Shown here piece after piece: positions 63,732-64,000 of a DNA stretch of 64,000 bases (position 1 is the stretch's first letter; each line of letters starts with the position of its first letter). The notes beneath the pieces were generated by a model. That model did no database searches and was not told the origin of the DNA. It saw only the letters and a program-made list of their open reading frames with translations. This stretch comes from Yuukianura sp. NJ FZ-2021. Taxonomy: Eukaryota. The translations under genes and the position numbers were made by a program. The stretch lies in assembly GCA_046563655.1 (NCBI GenBank), contig CM102290.1, positions 4,216,001 to 4,280,000 on the forward strand, read 5' to 3'.

Positions 63732-64000
63732 CTACACAAAGTTTCAACTTTCACTCCAAGTTTTTTAAACAAATTTTGTATAGAAGGCCATACTTTAAAA
63801 GTAGCATATTTGCAGAAGACGCGCACGAAAAAAGTGGAACTCAGAAGTTTATTAAACAAGAGTAGTGAAAGTACAGAAGATTTAGAAGTGCTTTCAAAAA
63901 TTCCAGTTTTTTTTGTAGTAAGCCTATGAGTGAATTTTTGCTTTTAAAAGTTATGAGTGAAAATTCAACAAGAAAATCACGCCCTTTCTTTTCAACATTT

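Noticed and set aside
63432..63929. 165-aa plus-strand ORF
   Set aside because: Antisense to a syntaxin exon and its flanking introns, with no protein-like signature.

Overview
Eukaryotic, AT-rich, intron-containing DNA. It is most likely from an arthropod with a compact genome, judging by the arthropod-type syntaxin-1A sequence, many 55-110 nt introns and CCTAA/TTAGG tracts. I assembled the exon structures by hand from splice signals and reading-frame phase. Genes in order: (1) the 5' part of an unidentified S/Q/N-rich protein gene (minus, runs off the left edge); (2) a 7TM gustatory-receptor-like gene resembling GrlHz/CG3831; (3) TRAPPC11/gryzun; (4) an intact but catalytically dead M14B carboxypeptidase paralog (minus), arranged head-to-head with (5) an active M14B carboxypeptidase (CPD/CPM-like, CG4678 type) with a 30-nt Cys-containing microexon and candidate alternative C-termini; (6) a highly divergent alpha-tubulin with an altered GTP-binding signature and a non-acidic Pro-rich tail; (7) the 3' part of syntaxin-1A (minus), whose transmembrane exon lies about 10 kb downstream. 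There are also several MITE-like inverted-repeat elements and a 20/40-bp minisatellite. I saw no prokaryotic features, tRNA/rRNA or CRISPR arrays. The most notable signals are the enzyme/pseudoenzyme carboxypeptidase pair, the aberrant alpha-tubulin and repeated use of non-canonical splice sites (GC donors, GAG acceptors).
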